Notes under the pieces: model-generated
What the model saw: the letters and a program-made list of their open reading frames with translations, nothing else
Told to the model about the DNA's origin: nothing
Databases searched by the model: none
Translations under genes and position numbers: made by a program
DNA from: Eledone cirrhosa
Taxonomy: Eukaryota
Length of the DNA: 64,000 nt
Direction: 5' to 3'
NCBI GenBank assembly: GCA_964016885.1
Contig: OZ024740.1
Span: forward strand, 109,492,001-109,556,000
Part shown: piece after piece, positions 11,594 to 25,172 of the stretch
Layout: every line of letters begins with the position of its first letter
Numbering within the stretch: position 1 is the stretch's first letter

Positions 11594-12013
11594 TTAACTC
11601 TTTTGTCTTTTGGTACCAAACCACCTGAAACTGATCCAAGCTCTACAATATAAAACTTTATTTTAAAGTATTTGTCATCATCATCTATTTTCCATCGTTG
11701 CATGGGTTAGATAGGTCTGACAAATTAGATGAAGGTTTACCCTCATGTTTTATATTCTGGCATGGTTTTTACAGCTGGATTTCCATCCAAATACTAACCA
11801 TTCCAAGGTGTGCACTGGGTGCATTTTATTGTGGCATCAGCACTTCCATGTAACATGGATTCAGTGCATTTTATTGTGGCATCACCACTGCCACCTTTCA
11901 ACATTTGAGCATTCACTATATAATGAAGTTAGTTATATTACTAAATTCCTTTAAATTCTTGATTATTTTCATAAAATTATTTTTTGTTAGAAAAATCGTA
12001 ACCAAAGGGTTAA
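11594..12013. mobile_element. Probable TTAA-flanked MITE with a nested RTE-tail fragment (~11675-11870)
   Basis: Begins ttaactctttt..ggtaccaaacc and ends ccaaagggttaa. Related ends occur at ~32940-32978 and ~34915-34938. Confidence 0.45.
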
Positions 12014-13254
12014 CCAGACTCACCAGTAGAGAAGATGAGTAGGTCAATATAAAATTGGTTAATAGATATTCCATTCCATTTGTTCAATCAAAAACAGACA
12101 TAACAAACATCTATGTGTGTATGTATATGTCTCTGTGTGTGTATGTATGTAAATAATGTTTATGTAATGTGTAATTGGTTTCACAGCTTAAATTAGGAAT
12201 ACTAAAAACATCTGTTTAAATTTTCAGACTTCATTGCCCAGAACTGATAAACAATATGATGCTCTTTAAAGTGAGATTCTCTCTCTCTCTCATTTTCTAT
12301 ATTTCTATCTTCTTCCTAACTTCTTTCTATCTACGTTTTTAAAAATTTCTCTCCTCCTGATTTCTTTACTTTCCTCTACTTACCTTAGATCTTCCTTCCT
12401 TTTTTTCCTATGCCATTATAATTTGACCGTGAAGAATACCAGACTGTGCAACACTTCGTTAAATGTAAGCCAACCTCACACACGCCTTAAGTTAGGAATG
12501 GCAAAACAATTTGGATACACTCCTCTCATTACTTTTCTCTCTCTTCACCCCTCTCATTCTTCAAGAAAAACAAACTTCCCTTTTAATGAAAACATTGAGA
12601 AATGGTAATTCCATGTTAACTTCAAAATATGATGTAGAATATTGTTTTGATATCTTCCTTTCATAATAGAGAGGTGGGTTAGATGAACGAGAGGATAAGA
12701 ATTGGGGATTGATCATTGCTTATATGTTAATGTTCAAATCCACTGAGTTATTGTTATAAGCCCCAAGTCAACCCAGATTGAGCAAGTCTATAATTCTGTT
12801 ATGACCCTGTTGTTTTGTACATTAGGGATTTTCTTTGTTTAGTGATCCTTTTATATATTTAATCAATTTAAACGTCCATATAGAGCTAATAAGACACAAG
12901 ACTAGGGGAAGTATCTAGTACTTCTTAGAGTTGAGAAACAAAAAGCAAGATAGACAGAGATAAGTGAATATAAAAATAAATAAAAATATTTAAAATACTA
13001 AAGGCCAATGGGAGGGAGGATAAGTATGAAACAAAGAAGAAAAAATAGAAAACAAGGGAAACTGTAAAGAGAAGTTTCTGTTGAATCTTTTCATAACTTC
13101 CATGTACTGAAAGATTTTGTTTATAGTTGGTAGATTTCTCAAAATATATTGTATGGAACATGTAGAGGACACTAGCCTGCAATTAGTGTTTCCCTACCTC
13201 TCCAATTAACCTTCCCTAGTATTAATACCCTCACCTTCAATTAAATACTCCATC

Positions 13255-16200
13255 CTTGTAGGAAAAAGTCAGTGCTACAAATTTTTCTGGGTGGGAAATG
13301 ATGGGATGGGTGGTGTAGGTATACTACTACCTGACAAGTGGGTAGATAAAGTAATCTCAGTGTACAGGGTAAATGCAAGAATCATTAAACTCAGACTAGT
13401 CATGAATAAAACAATTACCACAATATCAGCTTACGCACCCCAATTGGGGTTGCCAGACGAACTTAAGGATAGATTTTACGAGTCCCTAATGCACACTACT
13501 GCTCTAACAAACGACAATGACTTCCTAATAATCGCAGGAGATTTTAACGGACACGTAGGTAAACACTGTGACGGCTTCAATAGAATCCATGGAGTCCACG
13601 GGGTTGGCACAAGAAATGAGGAAGGATTCAGACTTCTAGAATTCTGCCACGCCAATGACATATCGATATGTAACACAAACTTCAAAAAACCCGACAACCA
13701 CCTGATCACCTATAGATCAGGTGAGCATTCTAGTCAGATAGATTATATCCTCATCAGAGGACGTGACAGATGGACGGTCGTAAACACAAAAGCCTACCCT
13801 AGTGAGGAATGTACCTCCCAACATAGCTTAGTTGTCAGCGACCTCACGGTCAGAACTAGACGAACCTGGAAACAGGGGCCAACCTGGAGAAGAAAGATCT
13901 GGAAGCTGAAAGACCCCTCAGCCAGTAACAGATTTAAAGATATTTTACTCAACGCCTACGACAGTAAAGAAGAACAGATAGACATTCAATGTAGAAGAGC
14001 ACTGGGAGTTCCTAAAAAATAACTTACTAGAGGCGACGGATGAGGTCTGTGGTTGGAGTAAGACCACAAGCAGGAGGAGAGTGACTTGGTGGTGGAACAA
14101 TAAGGTAGATGAAGCAGTTAAGGCCAAGAGACAGGCATGGAAAGAATGGAAGAACGGGAGGGGGGGGGAGCAGGGTACATTACATAGAGACCAAGAGGGA
14201 AGCAGAGGATAAAAAATTCAAGCATGTTTTGCAACGTGAGGACCAGAAACAGGAGGTGTTCAAGATTGCGAGGCAGTGTGTCAGAAAGAATTGTGATGTC
14301 ATTGGAGAGAAGTGTATCCGGAATGATAAAGGTGAGCTTGCCCTCACAAGTGCTGAGAACAAAGATGCATGGAAGAGCCATTATGATAGATTACTAAATG
14401 AGGAGAATGCATGGGAAGAAGAGACCCTACCCCAAGTAGACCCTATAGAGGGGCCAGCAGTACAAGTCAGCAGCAGCGTAGTAAGTAAGGCAATCAAAGA
14501 TATGAAAATGGGGAAGGCAACCGGTCCATCGGGTATAGCTGCCGAGATGATAAAGGCATCTGGGTCTGGAGGTCACACTATAACCACACGTATTGTTAAC
14601 CAGGTAATACTAGGTGTCATACCAAAAGATTGGTGCAGTAGCATCATTGTCAACTGCTACAAAGGTAAAGGTGATGCACTAGATAGAAGAAACTATAGAG
14701 GTATAAAGCTGATGGACTAGGTCATGAAAGTAACAGCACAGTTGTAGCACAGTTGATTAGTGACCGGGTGAAAATAGATGAGATGCAATTTGGGTTTGTA
14801 CCAGGAAGAGGCACCACTGATGCCCTCTTCCTTGTGAGGCAGTTACAGGAAAAGTACCTAGCTAAAAGTAAGCCACTCTACCTGGCATTCGTCGATCTCG
14901 AGAAAACCTTTGACAGAGTTCCACGTGCTGTAATCTGGTGGGCTCTTAGAAAACTAGGAGTAGATGAATGGCTTGTGAAAGCTGTACAAGCCATGTATAG
15001 GGGAGCAGTCAGCAAAGTTAGGATTAGCAATGAGTATAGCGAGGAATTTAGCGTGCAGGTTGGTGTCCACCATGGCTCTGTTCTTAGCCCTCTCCTGTTC
15101 ATCATAGTCCTGCAGGCAATAACGGAGGGGTTTAAGACCGGATGCCCATGGGAACTCCTTCCTGTATGCTGATGACCTCGCACTTATAGCTGAATCTATG
15201 GTAGAACTAGAGAAGAAATTCCAAACTTGGAAGCAGGGACTAGAAAGAAAGGGTCTTAAAGTCAACATGACAAAGACTAAGGTCCTTGTAAGTAGACGAG
15301 AAAACAGAACCCAGATCCCATCAGGGAAATGGCCTTGCTCAGTATGTAGGAAAGGTGTAGGTAGGAACTCCGTTCTCTGCCCCAAATGCAAACAATGGGT
15401 ACACAAGAGATGTAGTGGGATCTCAGGAAGCTTAATTAAGAATGTAGGCTTCACATGCAGCAGCTGTGCTGGGGCACAAAGCAGCAAACAGCCACAGGAA
15501 ACAAGTACCACCAATCTCTGGGAGGGCTCTGTAGAAACAGTAGACAGCTTCTGCTACCTAGGTGACCGAATTAGCAACGGAGGTGGGTGCTCAGAAAGCA
15601 CAATAACTAGGGTAAGAACGGGATGGAAGAAGTTTAGGGAACTACTACCACTGCTAGCTGCAAAAGGCTTCTCCCTCAGAATGAAAGGCAGACTGTATGA
15701 TGCGTGTATCTGAACAGCAATGTTACATGGTAGTGAAACCTGGGCGCTGAAGGTGGAAGACTTACGTAGATTAGAGAGAAACGAAGCCTGCATGCTCCGA
15801 TGGATGTGTAATAGTAATATACGCGAACGACAAAGCATAAACGAATTGAGAGAGAGACTGAGCATAAGAGGAATCAAATGCTGCGTGCAGGAGAGGCGGT
15901 TGCGTTGGTATGCACGTGATGCATATGAAGGATGCCAGCTGCATAAAAAGGTGCAGAGCACTAGAAGTCAATGGAAACCGCAGAGTAGGGAGACCCAAGA
16001 TGACCTGGGATGAGGTGATAAAAGCCGACCTTACCCAATTACACCTCTCAAAGGCGATGACACACGACCGTGACCTCTGGCGTCACACAGTAATACAGAG
16101 TACCCAACCTCCCATGGGTACAAGCTGAAGCATATAGACAATATGCCCACACACCCTCCCACTGCAAAGTGGTCATGGAGGTGCCACGGCAAAAAAGCAC

Positions 16201-16426
16201 CCAGCCCACACTGTAGAGTGGACGTGGAGGCGCCACGAAAAAAGCACCCAGCACTCACTGTAAATGAGGTTGGTGTTAGGAAGGGCATCCAGCTGTAGAA
16301 ATCAAGCCAAATCAGCTCCTGTATGAGCAAGGCATGGTCAGCCGACCAGACACTGCCCACAACAGGACAACCCATCTAACCCATGCTAGCATGGAAGAAC
16401 GGACGTAAAACGGTGATGATGATGAT
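13255..16426 (+). mobile_element. RTE-clade LINE, copy B (5'-truncated, multiple frameshifts and stops)
   Basis: Colinear and highly similar to copy A from cttgtaggaaaaag to the (GAT)n tail. ORF pieces 13291-14022, 14109-14720, 14753-15172, 15198-15713, 15720-16128. Confidence 0.95.
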
Positions 16427-16849
16427 TCACCTCGCCCATGTCTAGCTTGTGTACTCCCTCCCCACCTTATGCGTTTCTATGGTACCTCTCCTGCCATGCT
16501 CAACTTCTAAATACAAGCATGGAATGTAGGACACACTCCAAGTCTGCTCCCCATGCCAGTAATGCTGCTGCCACAACAAAAAGCACTTTACACCTCCCAC
16601 ATCTCAACACTCCACCCTTCACTAGCTAAGTACCCCACCTTTGACCTATTCCTCCAACCCCCATCTTTCATACACACCCTCCCCAAACCACTCCACTTTC
16701 CACATCTGATACATCTCTTATCCAACCCATGCATGCAAACACAGAAAGCTGAACACTCTCCACCCTCCACAAGGCTATTAAAATGGCTAAAAGCTCTAAG
16801 GCCACCCTGTAAGATGGGCATACTGGTGACACAATAGAAGCCTCCAGTC

Positions 16850-17112
16850 AACCATGTAAGGTGCTCATGCTGGTGACATTACAAAAAGCACCCCACCCAT
16901 TTCACCCTGTAAAGTGGTCATTTTGGTGCTACAATAAAATCACCCAGTCCATGCTGTGAATGTGGTTGTTTGGAAGGACATCCAGCTGTAGAAACCAAGG
17001 TAGAAACAGTTCAGTATGAACAAGACACTGCCATCTAATCTGACTTGTCTCACAACAGAACAACTCATCTAACTCATGCTTCTCTTGGAAAAAGGGACAT
17101 TAAATGGTGATG
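16850..17112 (+). mobile_element. Older, diverged RTE 3' UTR/tail
   Basis: aaaaagcacccc...ctgtaaagtgg...ggaaggacatccagctgtagaaacc...ggacattaaatggtgatg. Confidence 0.7.
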
Positions 17113-17733
17113 TATCTTGGTACTATTTACAGAATCGCCTTAAAGATTACCTCTCTCTCTGACTGATAGTTTCTACATTGGAATAAATAGGGCAAAAGAG
17201 TTTCTGGGAAGTCACCACAAGAACATAGACATGATTCTCTACGACCTGTTTGTGATGAAATGTATATGTCCAGTTCGAAGCCAGCATAGTCTTTTTTTTT
17301 TTATAAGCATTGCTCTGTTTGATATGTTTTAATTGTTGACAGACCTGGTTGAGAAAGTGGAGGATTGAAATTCAAGGGCTTATCTCTAGATTTTTCCACC
17401 CTTGACTAATTATATTTTTACTAAATGATTTCACTTGTGATAGATTTGTGATTTATTCTATATCTATTATTTCCCTTTGTACTCCCTCATTTGCTAATTC
17501 ATCTGCTTTCCTATTTCCTCTAATATCTGTATGGCCTGGTATTCAAATCAGTGTTATTTGTTTATTATTCTCTGAGAGGTAGTTATTTAATCTTAGCAGA
17601 GCACTCTCAATATCTCTAATCTGATTCCTTTTTCTTGATTGAAATGGTTCTTGGTTTGATAAACTAAGACAACATGGTGTTGTTAGAAGAAAATTTGGCT
17701 GCTCTGTCTAGCAACTTGTATAACCCATTAGAG

Positions 17734-17844
17734 CAGTAGTTCCCAAACTGGGAGTCAGTTAATGTGGTGATGGTGGTCTGAGATAAGTTCTATCTTGTTT
17801 TATATAGTCTTGCTCTTATTGTATAAAAAGTTGGGAAACACATG
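17734..17844. mobile_element. Small hAT/Charlie-like MITE candidate
   Basis: Imperfect TIRs cagtagttcccaaact / aagttgggaaacacatg, similar to CAGTGTTTCCCAA-type hAT ends. TSD not evident. Confidence 0.4.
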
Positions 17845-17964
17845 CACACACACACACGTACACACACGTACACACCCACACACACATGCACACATTGACA
17901 CACACATCCACACTCACACATACATGTACACACACACACGTGCACACACATCTACATGTCTGCG

Positions 17965-18195
17965 TCAGTTGTTAGCTGCCGAGACACTGCATCATTTAAA
18001 ACCCTCATGCTTCCCAAAATTCGCCAAAACTACACCTGATATACCCCTTCCATACACATGCATACATGTGTATATCATGACTCCTGCACTGTTCATTTTC
18101 CTGACGTTTGTACATTACCCTATGTACTATACATACACTTTTTGATGAGTTGTAGTGCACCTGAGCACTGTACACAATATTTTCATTATTATTAT
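17965..18195 (+). mobile_element. LINE 3'-end relic (CR1-like), with a second copy on the minus strand at ~32365-32536
   Basis: gagttgtagtgcacctgagcactgtacacaat...attattatt recurs in reverse complement at 32370-32420. Ends in (ATT)n. Confidence 0.55.
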
Positions 18196-18689
18196 ATATA
18201 TACACTAACACATGTATACACTCACACACATGTATACACTCACACACATGTATACACTCACACACATGTATACACTCATACATATATAATATATACACAC
18301 ATACACACATAATTTCAAGTACTTTGTTAAAAACACAATGTGCATGTGCTATTGGGTATCCATTGTTATAGTTACCAAATTAGCAGTCATTAGGTCATTG
18401 GATTAACAGCCTTGCTATTTATTCTGCCTTACTGTGATCTGAGTTCAAATCTCATTGCCATAAACTTTGCCTTTTAACATTTTGGAGTTTTAACACCTTG
18501 TAATGATTTAGCTGAAAATGTCTAACAGGCTTATAGTATCTTTACATTGTGAAAATTTGCAATATTAGAGTAAAGACTGATTTTTAAATAGTTTTGATGT
18601 AATGCAGTCATAGTGAAGCTTTATACTTTTCAAACATATTTTGCTAATGTTGTTTTATGTAGTACAGGATATTATGAGTTGAATAATAG

Positions 18690-19200
18690 CAGTCCTTGGT
18701 AGTGAAGAGGTTCCTTCATTGGCTCCTTCACTGTAGGAGTTCCATGTTTGTAATTAGGATATTTCATTGTAGATTGCTTCAGGTTGTTCAGCTGCAGGAA
18801 GATTGTTTAAGGGTCTTTTGGAAAGGAAAGGGAGTTCCATAAAAGAAACTATCAGTATAGCAGCAACCCGGGCAATCATACTTTACCTGTGAGGCAATTG
18901 GACTCTCACTTTCTCTATGGTCAAGTCCTTTGATAGCTACTACATTTATATGCTCAAATGGCCTTCTTCAGTACAATGAACAACTCAATAGCAACTTCTT
19001 CCCTCCTGGTGTCTAATAAGATAGCAGAAAATGGTTGCAACTTGCTACTTGGTGCCTAAAGTTACCTATCAGACAAGACAACATCTGCAAACTGGTGCAG
19101 GAGAAAATGAACCGTGGGTATCTTTATAAAACCATGGAAGATATGACTATGGATGAACTTAATGGTGGTGTGAGTGTTAATGAATTCTATGGTTGTGTGA
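18690..19200 (+). mobile_element. Highly decayed RTE-like RT C-terminal region
   Basis: DISL*IASGCSAAGRLFKGLLERKGSSIKETISI...NWTL...SFDSYY... resembles DI..RI..A..AF..L..VW..K..S..TK...ETWTL. Confidence 0.45.
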
Positions 19201-19289
19201 GTTGACTGAGAAGGTTTTAACTTCTTGAAGCTGATTTTCATTGGGTATTGAGTAAGGTTCTTCTCATTGGCTGATTTAGATCACACGGA

Positions 19290-19450
19290 GTGGATTTTTT
19301 TATCGACCCCGTAAGGATGAAAGGCAAAGTTAACCTCAGCGGTATTTGAACTCAGAATGGCAAGGGCCGTAACTCTATACGTCAAAGCATGGCGTCCGAC
19401 CCTCTCCCAATACTGCCAATCCACCGCCCAAATAATGATTTGAAATTAGC
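19290..19450 (-). mobile_element. tRNA-derived SINE (OK-like), partial
   Basis: Homologous to 41121-41343 (tttgaactcag B box; aaggatgaaaggcaaagttaacc central domain). Confidence 0.8.
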
Positions 19451-19850
19451 CAATAGAGAACTCTTCTTATAGCAACAGAATGATGGTTCAGACCTCTTAT
19501 TAAGGAGTACAGCTGGCAATTGTAGTACATGTGGCTTCTCACAAAGGCAACATCAGCTGTAGGCTAAAGAAGAATACAAAGGAGCTTTGTCAAGAATACT
19601 ACAGGTTACATTAAGTGGAGGAATTCCTTGGTCCTGGAGTCTCCTGATAAAATGACAAGAAGGTGGAGTTTTCTCTATTTCTGAAGGAATTGACATGTTA
19701 AATAAACCTTGCCTTGAAGTCATTGGCTGTAAACCCATGTAGTATCATGAGATATAATCAGGTGGAATGAGAATTATCTTATATTTAGAGCATTGCTTTG
19801 GAATAGCAAAATCTTCTCAGTTGATTTTGGTAGTTGTGGGCAGGTAAAAT
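19450..19850 (-). mobile_element. Penelope-like GIY-YIG endonuclease relic
   Basis: Across frames: YYMG..NDFKARF.*HVNSFRNRENSTFLS...SILDKAPLY....C.LCEK....LLNKRSE. Same type as the 46.0-46.7 kb endonuclease. Confidence 0.65.
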
Positions 19851-20979
19851 TTAAGATATGTTTTTCTCTTGTATCATTATCACTACTATCTTCCTCTTGG
19901 TCATTGTTAACATTTATTTAGTCTTGCTGGCATCATTTAGATGTTGTTTAGTCCTCCCTCACTCAATCAGCCCTGATAGACATTCCAGCCGTGGTCATCC
20001 TGTGTTTTATTCTGACATAGTGTATCTAAGAGTAAATATATATATATTTCAAAGCTATGTTACTATGAAAAAAATTTGAACTCCCCATGTAGTAAACCGA
20101 CAATCATCTTTTTAACTCCCACTTTGAGACATGTTTTCACCCCTCACACATTTCTCTGCTCTTCATCTTAAGGTTCAAATGATGATCTTCTTTGAGATAA
20201 AGGAAAAAAAAAAACTTCCTCAATTTAATTTGTTTTTCAGATGTTAAAAATATGTTATTACTATCATATGATGGAAATGGGTGGTTTGTAGTTATTGATG
20301 AATTAATTTGTTTAATGGTTTTATAAAAGCCAGATAAAATTGTTGAAAGATATGCTAACCAATATCCTCATAGTTCCAAGATGGTATCTAATAAAGTCAA
20401 AAGACACCTAAGATTAATTTCATTCTCTCTAAAAAAATATTTTTATATTTTTACACAATCATACTAAAGATCTTTGTCTTTGCTTTTATATTTTAATATC
20501 GGAAATATTAGATTTAAAATTGAGACTTGAAATATTATTAGTTTGATGTTCAGCTTTGGTTTCTATGGCAATATATGTTAATGTGGCAATAAAGTTGAAA
20601 CAGTGTTTATTTATGAATATTTGTTTGTCGTTATTGTTGTTGATATTATTCTTGCTAATGCCTTTACTCTTTTAAATTGTCAAGTATAAAAACAAAATCA
20701 ACAAACAAATAACAATTATTTTAAGGCTGTTTTCACTGCTTAGGCAGGGGTTAGTATCACAGGCCCCAATAACAAGCTTCATACTCATCATGATGTTGTT
20801 TTTGAAGCAATGGTTTACAGCCAGATAGTGGTAGTTAGATGTTTGACTATTTATTTGTTACTCTGAAGATGGACACTGTTCTTAGGGATATGATTAACTG
20901 GACGACAGATGAGGGGGTAGTACTTTGTTCAAATTCCATCAGTCAACTTTGCCTTTCATCCTTTTTAAGATGGTAAAAT

Positions 20980-23900
20980 ATAGGGTGGTGTAAGGGTGAT
21001 AGAACTGGTCAAGGGTGGTGTGAGGGTGGTAAACTATAGTACCACTCCAGGGTGGTGGGGGTCGTAAACTATAGTACCAGTCTAGGGTGGTGTGAGGGTG
21101 GTAAACTATAGTACCACTCTTGGGTGGTGTGAGGGTGATAAACTATAGAACCAGTCTAGGGTGGTGTGAGGGTGGTAAACTATAGTACTACTCCTGGGTG
21201 GTGTGAGTGTGGTAAACTATAGAACCAGTCTAGGATCGTGTGAGGTGGAAAACTATAGTACCAGCCTAGGGTGGTGTGAGGGTAGTAAACTATTGTACCA
21301 GTCTAGGGTGGTGTGAGGGTAGTAAACTATAGAACCAGTCTAGGGTGGTGTGAGGGGGTATAGAAACAGTCTAGGGTGGTAAACTATGGAACCAGTCTAG
21401 GGTGATAAACTATAGTACCAGTCTAGGGTGGTGTGAGGTGGTAAACTCTAGTACTAGTCTGGGGCGGTGTGAGGTGGTAAACTATAGAACCACTCCTGGG
21501 CCGTGAGGGTGGTAAACTATGGTACAACTCGTGGGAGGTGGTAAACTATTGTACCATTCTCGGGTGGTGGGAGGTGGTAAACTATAGGTCCAGTTTAGGG
21601 TGGTGTGAGGGTGGTAAACTATAGTACCGGTTTAGGGTGGTGTGACGGTGGTAAACTATAGTACCAGTCTAGGGTGGTGTGAGGTGGTAAAGTATAGTAC
21701 CAGTCTAGGGTGGTGTGAGGTGGTAAACTATAGTACCAGTTTAGGGTGGTGTGAGGTAGTAAACTATAGTACCGGTTTAGGGTGGTGTGAGGTGGTAAAG
21801 TATAGTACCAGTCTAGGGTGGTGTGAGGTGGTAAACTATAGTACCAGTTTAGGGTGGTGTGAGGTGGTAAAGTATAGTACCAGTCTAGGGTGGTGTGAGG
21901 TGGTAAAGTATAGTACCAGTCTAGGGTGGTGTGACGGTGGTAAAGTATAGTACCAGTCTAGGGTGGTGTGAGGTGGTAAACTATAGTACCAGTTTAGGGT
22001 GGTGTGAAGTGGTAAAGTATAGTACCAGTCTAGGGTGGTGTGAGGTGGTAAAGTATAGTACCAGTCTAGGGTGGTGTGAGGTGGTAAACTATAGTACCAG
22101 TCTAGGGTGGTGTGAGGTGGTAAAGTATAGTACCAGTCTAGGGTGGTGTGAGGTGGTAAAGTATAGTACCAGTCTAGGGTGGTGTGAGGTGGTAAAGTAT
22201 AGTACCAGTCTAGGGTGGTGTGAGGTGGTAAACTATAGTACCAGTCTAGGGTGGTGTGAGGTGGTAAACTATAGTACCAGTCTAGGGTGGTGTGAGGTGG
22301 TAAACTATAGTACCAGTTTAGGGTGGTGTGAGGTGGTAAAGTATAGTACCGGTTTAGGGTGGTGTGAGGTGGTAAACTATAGTACCAGTCTAGGGTGGTG
22401 TGAGGTGGTAAAGTATAGTACCAGTCTAGGGTGGTGTGAGGTGGTAAAGTATAGTACCAGTCTAGGGTGGTGTGAGGTGGTAAACTATAGTACCAGTCTA
22501 GGGTGGTGTGAGGTGGTAAACTATAGTACCGGTTTAGGGTGGTGTGAGGTGGTAAACTATAGTACCAGGCTAGGGTGGTGGGGTGAGGTAGTAAACTATA
22601 GTACCAGTCTAGGGTCGTGGTGTGAGGTAGTAAACTATAGTACCAGTCTAGGGTGGTGGAGTGAGGTAGTAAACTATAGTACCAGTCCAGGGTGGTGGTG
22701 TGAGGTAGTAAACTATAGTACCAGTCTAGGGTGGTGGGGTGAGATGGTAAACTATAGTACCAGTCTAGGGTGTTGTGAGGTGGTAAACTATAGAACCACT
22801 CCTGGGTGGTGGCAGGTGGTAAACTATTGTACCAGTCTAGGGTGGTGGTGTGAGGTAGTAAACTATAGTACCGGTTTAGGGTGGTGTGACGGTGGTAAAC
22901 TATAGTACCAGTCTAGGGTGGTGTGAGGGTGGTAAACTATTGTACCAGTCTAGGGTGGTGTGAGGGTGGTAAACTATTGTACCAGTCTAGGGTGGTGTGA
23001 GGTAGTAAACTATAGTACCGGTTTAGGGTGGTGTGACGGTGGTAAACTATAGTACCAGTCTAGGGTGGTGTGAGGGTGGTAAACTATTGTACCAGTCTAG
23101 GGTGGTGTGAGGTGGTAAACTATTGTACCAGTCTATCGTGGTGTGAGGTAGTAAACTATAGTACCGGTTTAGGGTGGTGTGACGGTGGTAAACTATAGTA
23201 CCAGTCTAGGGTGGTGTGAGGGTGGTAAACTATAGTACCAGTCTAGGGTGGTGTGAGGGTGGTAAACTATTGTACCAGTCTAGGGTGGTGTGAGGGTGGT
23301 AAACTATTGTACCAGTCTAGGGTGGTGTGAGGGTGGTAAACTATTGTACCAGTCTAGGGTGGTGTGAGGTGGTAAACTAAAGTACTGGTTTAGGGTGGTA
23401 AACTATAGTACCAGTCTAGGGTGGTGTGAGGTGGTAAAGTATAGTACCAGTCTGAGGTGGTGTGAGGTGGTAAACTATAGTACCACACCTGGGTGGTGTG
23501 AGGGTGATAAACTATAGAACCAGTCTAGGATGGTGTGAGGTGGTAAACTATATTATCACTCTAGGATGGTGTGAGGGTGGTAAACTATAGTACCACTCCT
23601 GGGTGGTGTGAGGTGGTAAACTATTGTACCAGTCTAGGGTGGTGTGAGGGTGGTATAGAACCAGTCTAGGCTGGTAAACTATGGAACCAGTCTAGGGTGG
23701 TAAACAATAGTACTAGTCTAGGGTATGGTGGGGGTGTTAAACTATAGAACCAGTTTAGGGTGGTGTGAGGGTGGTAAACTATTGTACTAGTTTAGGGTGG
23801 TGTGAGGGTGGTAAACTATTGTACTAGTTTAGGGTGGTGTGAGGGTGGTAAATTATAGTACCAGTCTAGGGTGGTGTGAGGGTGGTAAACTATTGTACTA

Positions 23901-25172
23901 GTTTTGGGTGGTGTGAGGGTGGTAAACTATAGTACCAGTCTAGAGTGGTGTGGGGGTGGTAAACTGTAGTACCAGTCTAGAGTGGTGTGAGGTGGTAAAC
24001 TATAGTACCAGTCTAGGGTGTGGTGGGGCTGGTAAACTATAGTACCAGTCTAGGGTGGAGGTGTGAGGTGGTAAACTATTGTACCAGTCTAGGGTGGTGT
24101 GAGGGTGGTATAGAACCAGTCTAGGCTGGTAAACTATGGAACCAGTCTAGGGTGGTAAACAATAGTACTAGTCTAGGGTATGGTGGGGGTGTTAAACTAT
24201 AGAACCAGTTTAGGGTGGTGTGAGGGTGGTAAACTATTGTACTAGTTTAGGGTGGTGTGAGGGTGGTAAACTATTGTACTAGTTTAGGGTGGTGTGAGGG
24301 TGGTAAATTATAGTACCAGTCTAGGGTGGTGTGAGGGTGGTAAACTATTGTACTAGTTTTGGGTGGTGTGAGGGTGGTAAACTATAGTACCAGTCTAGAG
24401 TGGTGTGGGGGTGGTAAACTGTAGTACCAGTCTAGGGTGGAGGTGTGAGGTGGTAAACTATAGTACCACTCCTGGGTGGTGTGAGGTGGTAAACTATAGT
24501 ACCACTCCTGGGTGGTGTGAGGGTGGTAAACTATATACCACTCCTGGGTGGTGTGAGGTGGTAAAGTATAGTACTAGTCTAGGGTGGTGTGAGGTGGTAA
24601 ACTACAGTACCGGTCTAGGGTGCTGTGAGATGGTAAACTATAGAACCAGTACAGGGTGGTGGTGTGCGGTGGTAAACTATAGTACCAGTCTAGAGTGAGG
24701 TGGGAGTGGTAAACTATAGTACCTGTCTAGGGTGGTGTGAGATGATAAACTACAGTACCAGTCTAGGGTTGTGTGAGGTGGTAAACTATAGAACCAGTTT
24801 AAGGTGGTGTGGGGTGGTAAACTATATTATCAGTCTAGGGTTGTGTGAGGGTGGTAAACTATATTATCAGTCTAGGGTTGTGTGAGGGTGGTAAACTATA
24901 TTATCAGTCTAGGGTTGTGTGAGGGTGGTAAACTATAGTACCAGTCTAGGGTGGTGTGAGGGTGGTAAACTATAGTACCAGTCTAGGGTTGTGAGGTTGT
25001 AAAATATAGTACCAGTCTAGGGTTGTGAGGTTGTAAAATATAGTACCAGTCTAGGGTGGTGTGAGGGTTGTAAACTATAGTACCACTCCTGGGTGGTTGT
25101 GTGAGGGTGGTAAACTATAGTACCAGTCTAGGGTGGTGGTGTGAGGTGGTAAACTATAGAACCACTCCAGGG
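20980..25172. repeat. ~4.2-kb minisatellite, 36-bp unit GTGGTAAACTATAGTACCAGTCTAGGGTGGTGTGAG (35-39 bp variants)
   Basis: Seen directly. Homogeneous core ~21640-22560 with diverged flanks; units are head-to-tail with no spacers. Confidence 0.97.

Noticed and set aside
21590-24300. True telomeric array
   Set aside because: TTAGGG occurs only singly within some 36-bp units, never in tandem.
20980-25172. CRISPR array (36-bp repeats) or a VVNYSTSLGWCE repeat protein
   Set aside because: Units are contiguous with no unique spacers and no cas genes. The ORFs exist only because 36 is divisible by 3, and 37-bp variants break the frame repeatedly.
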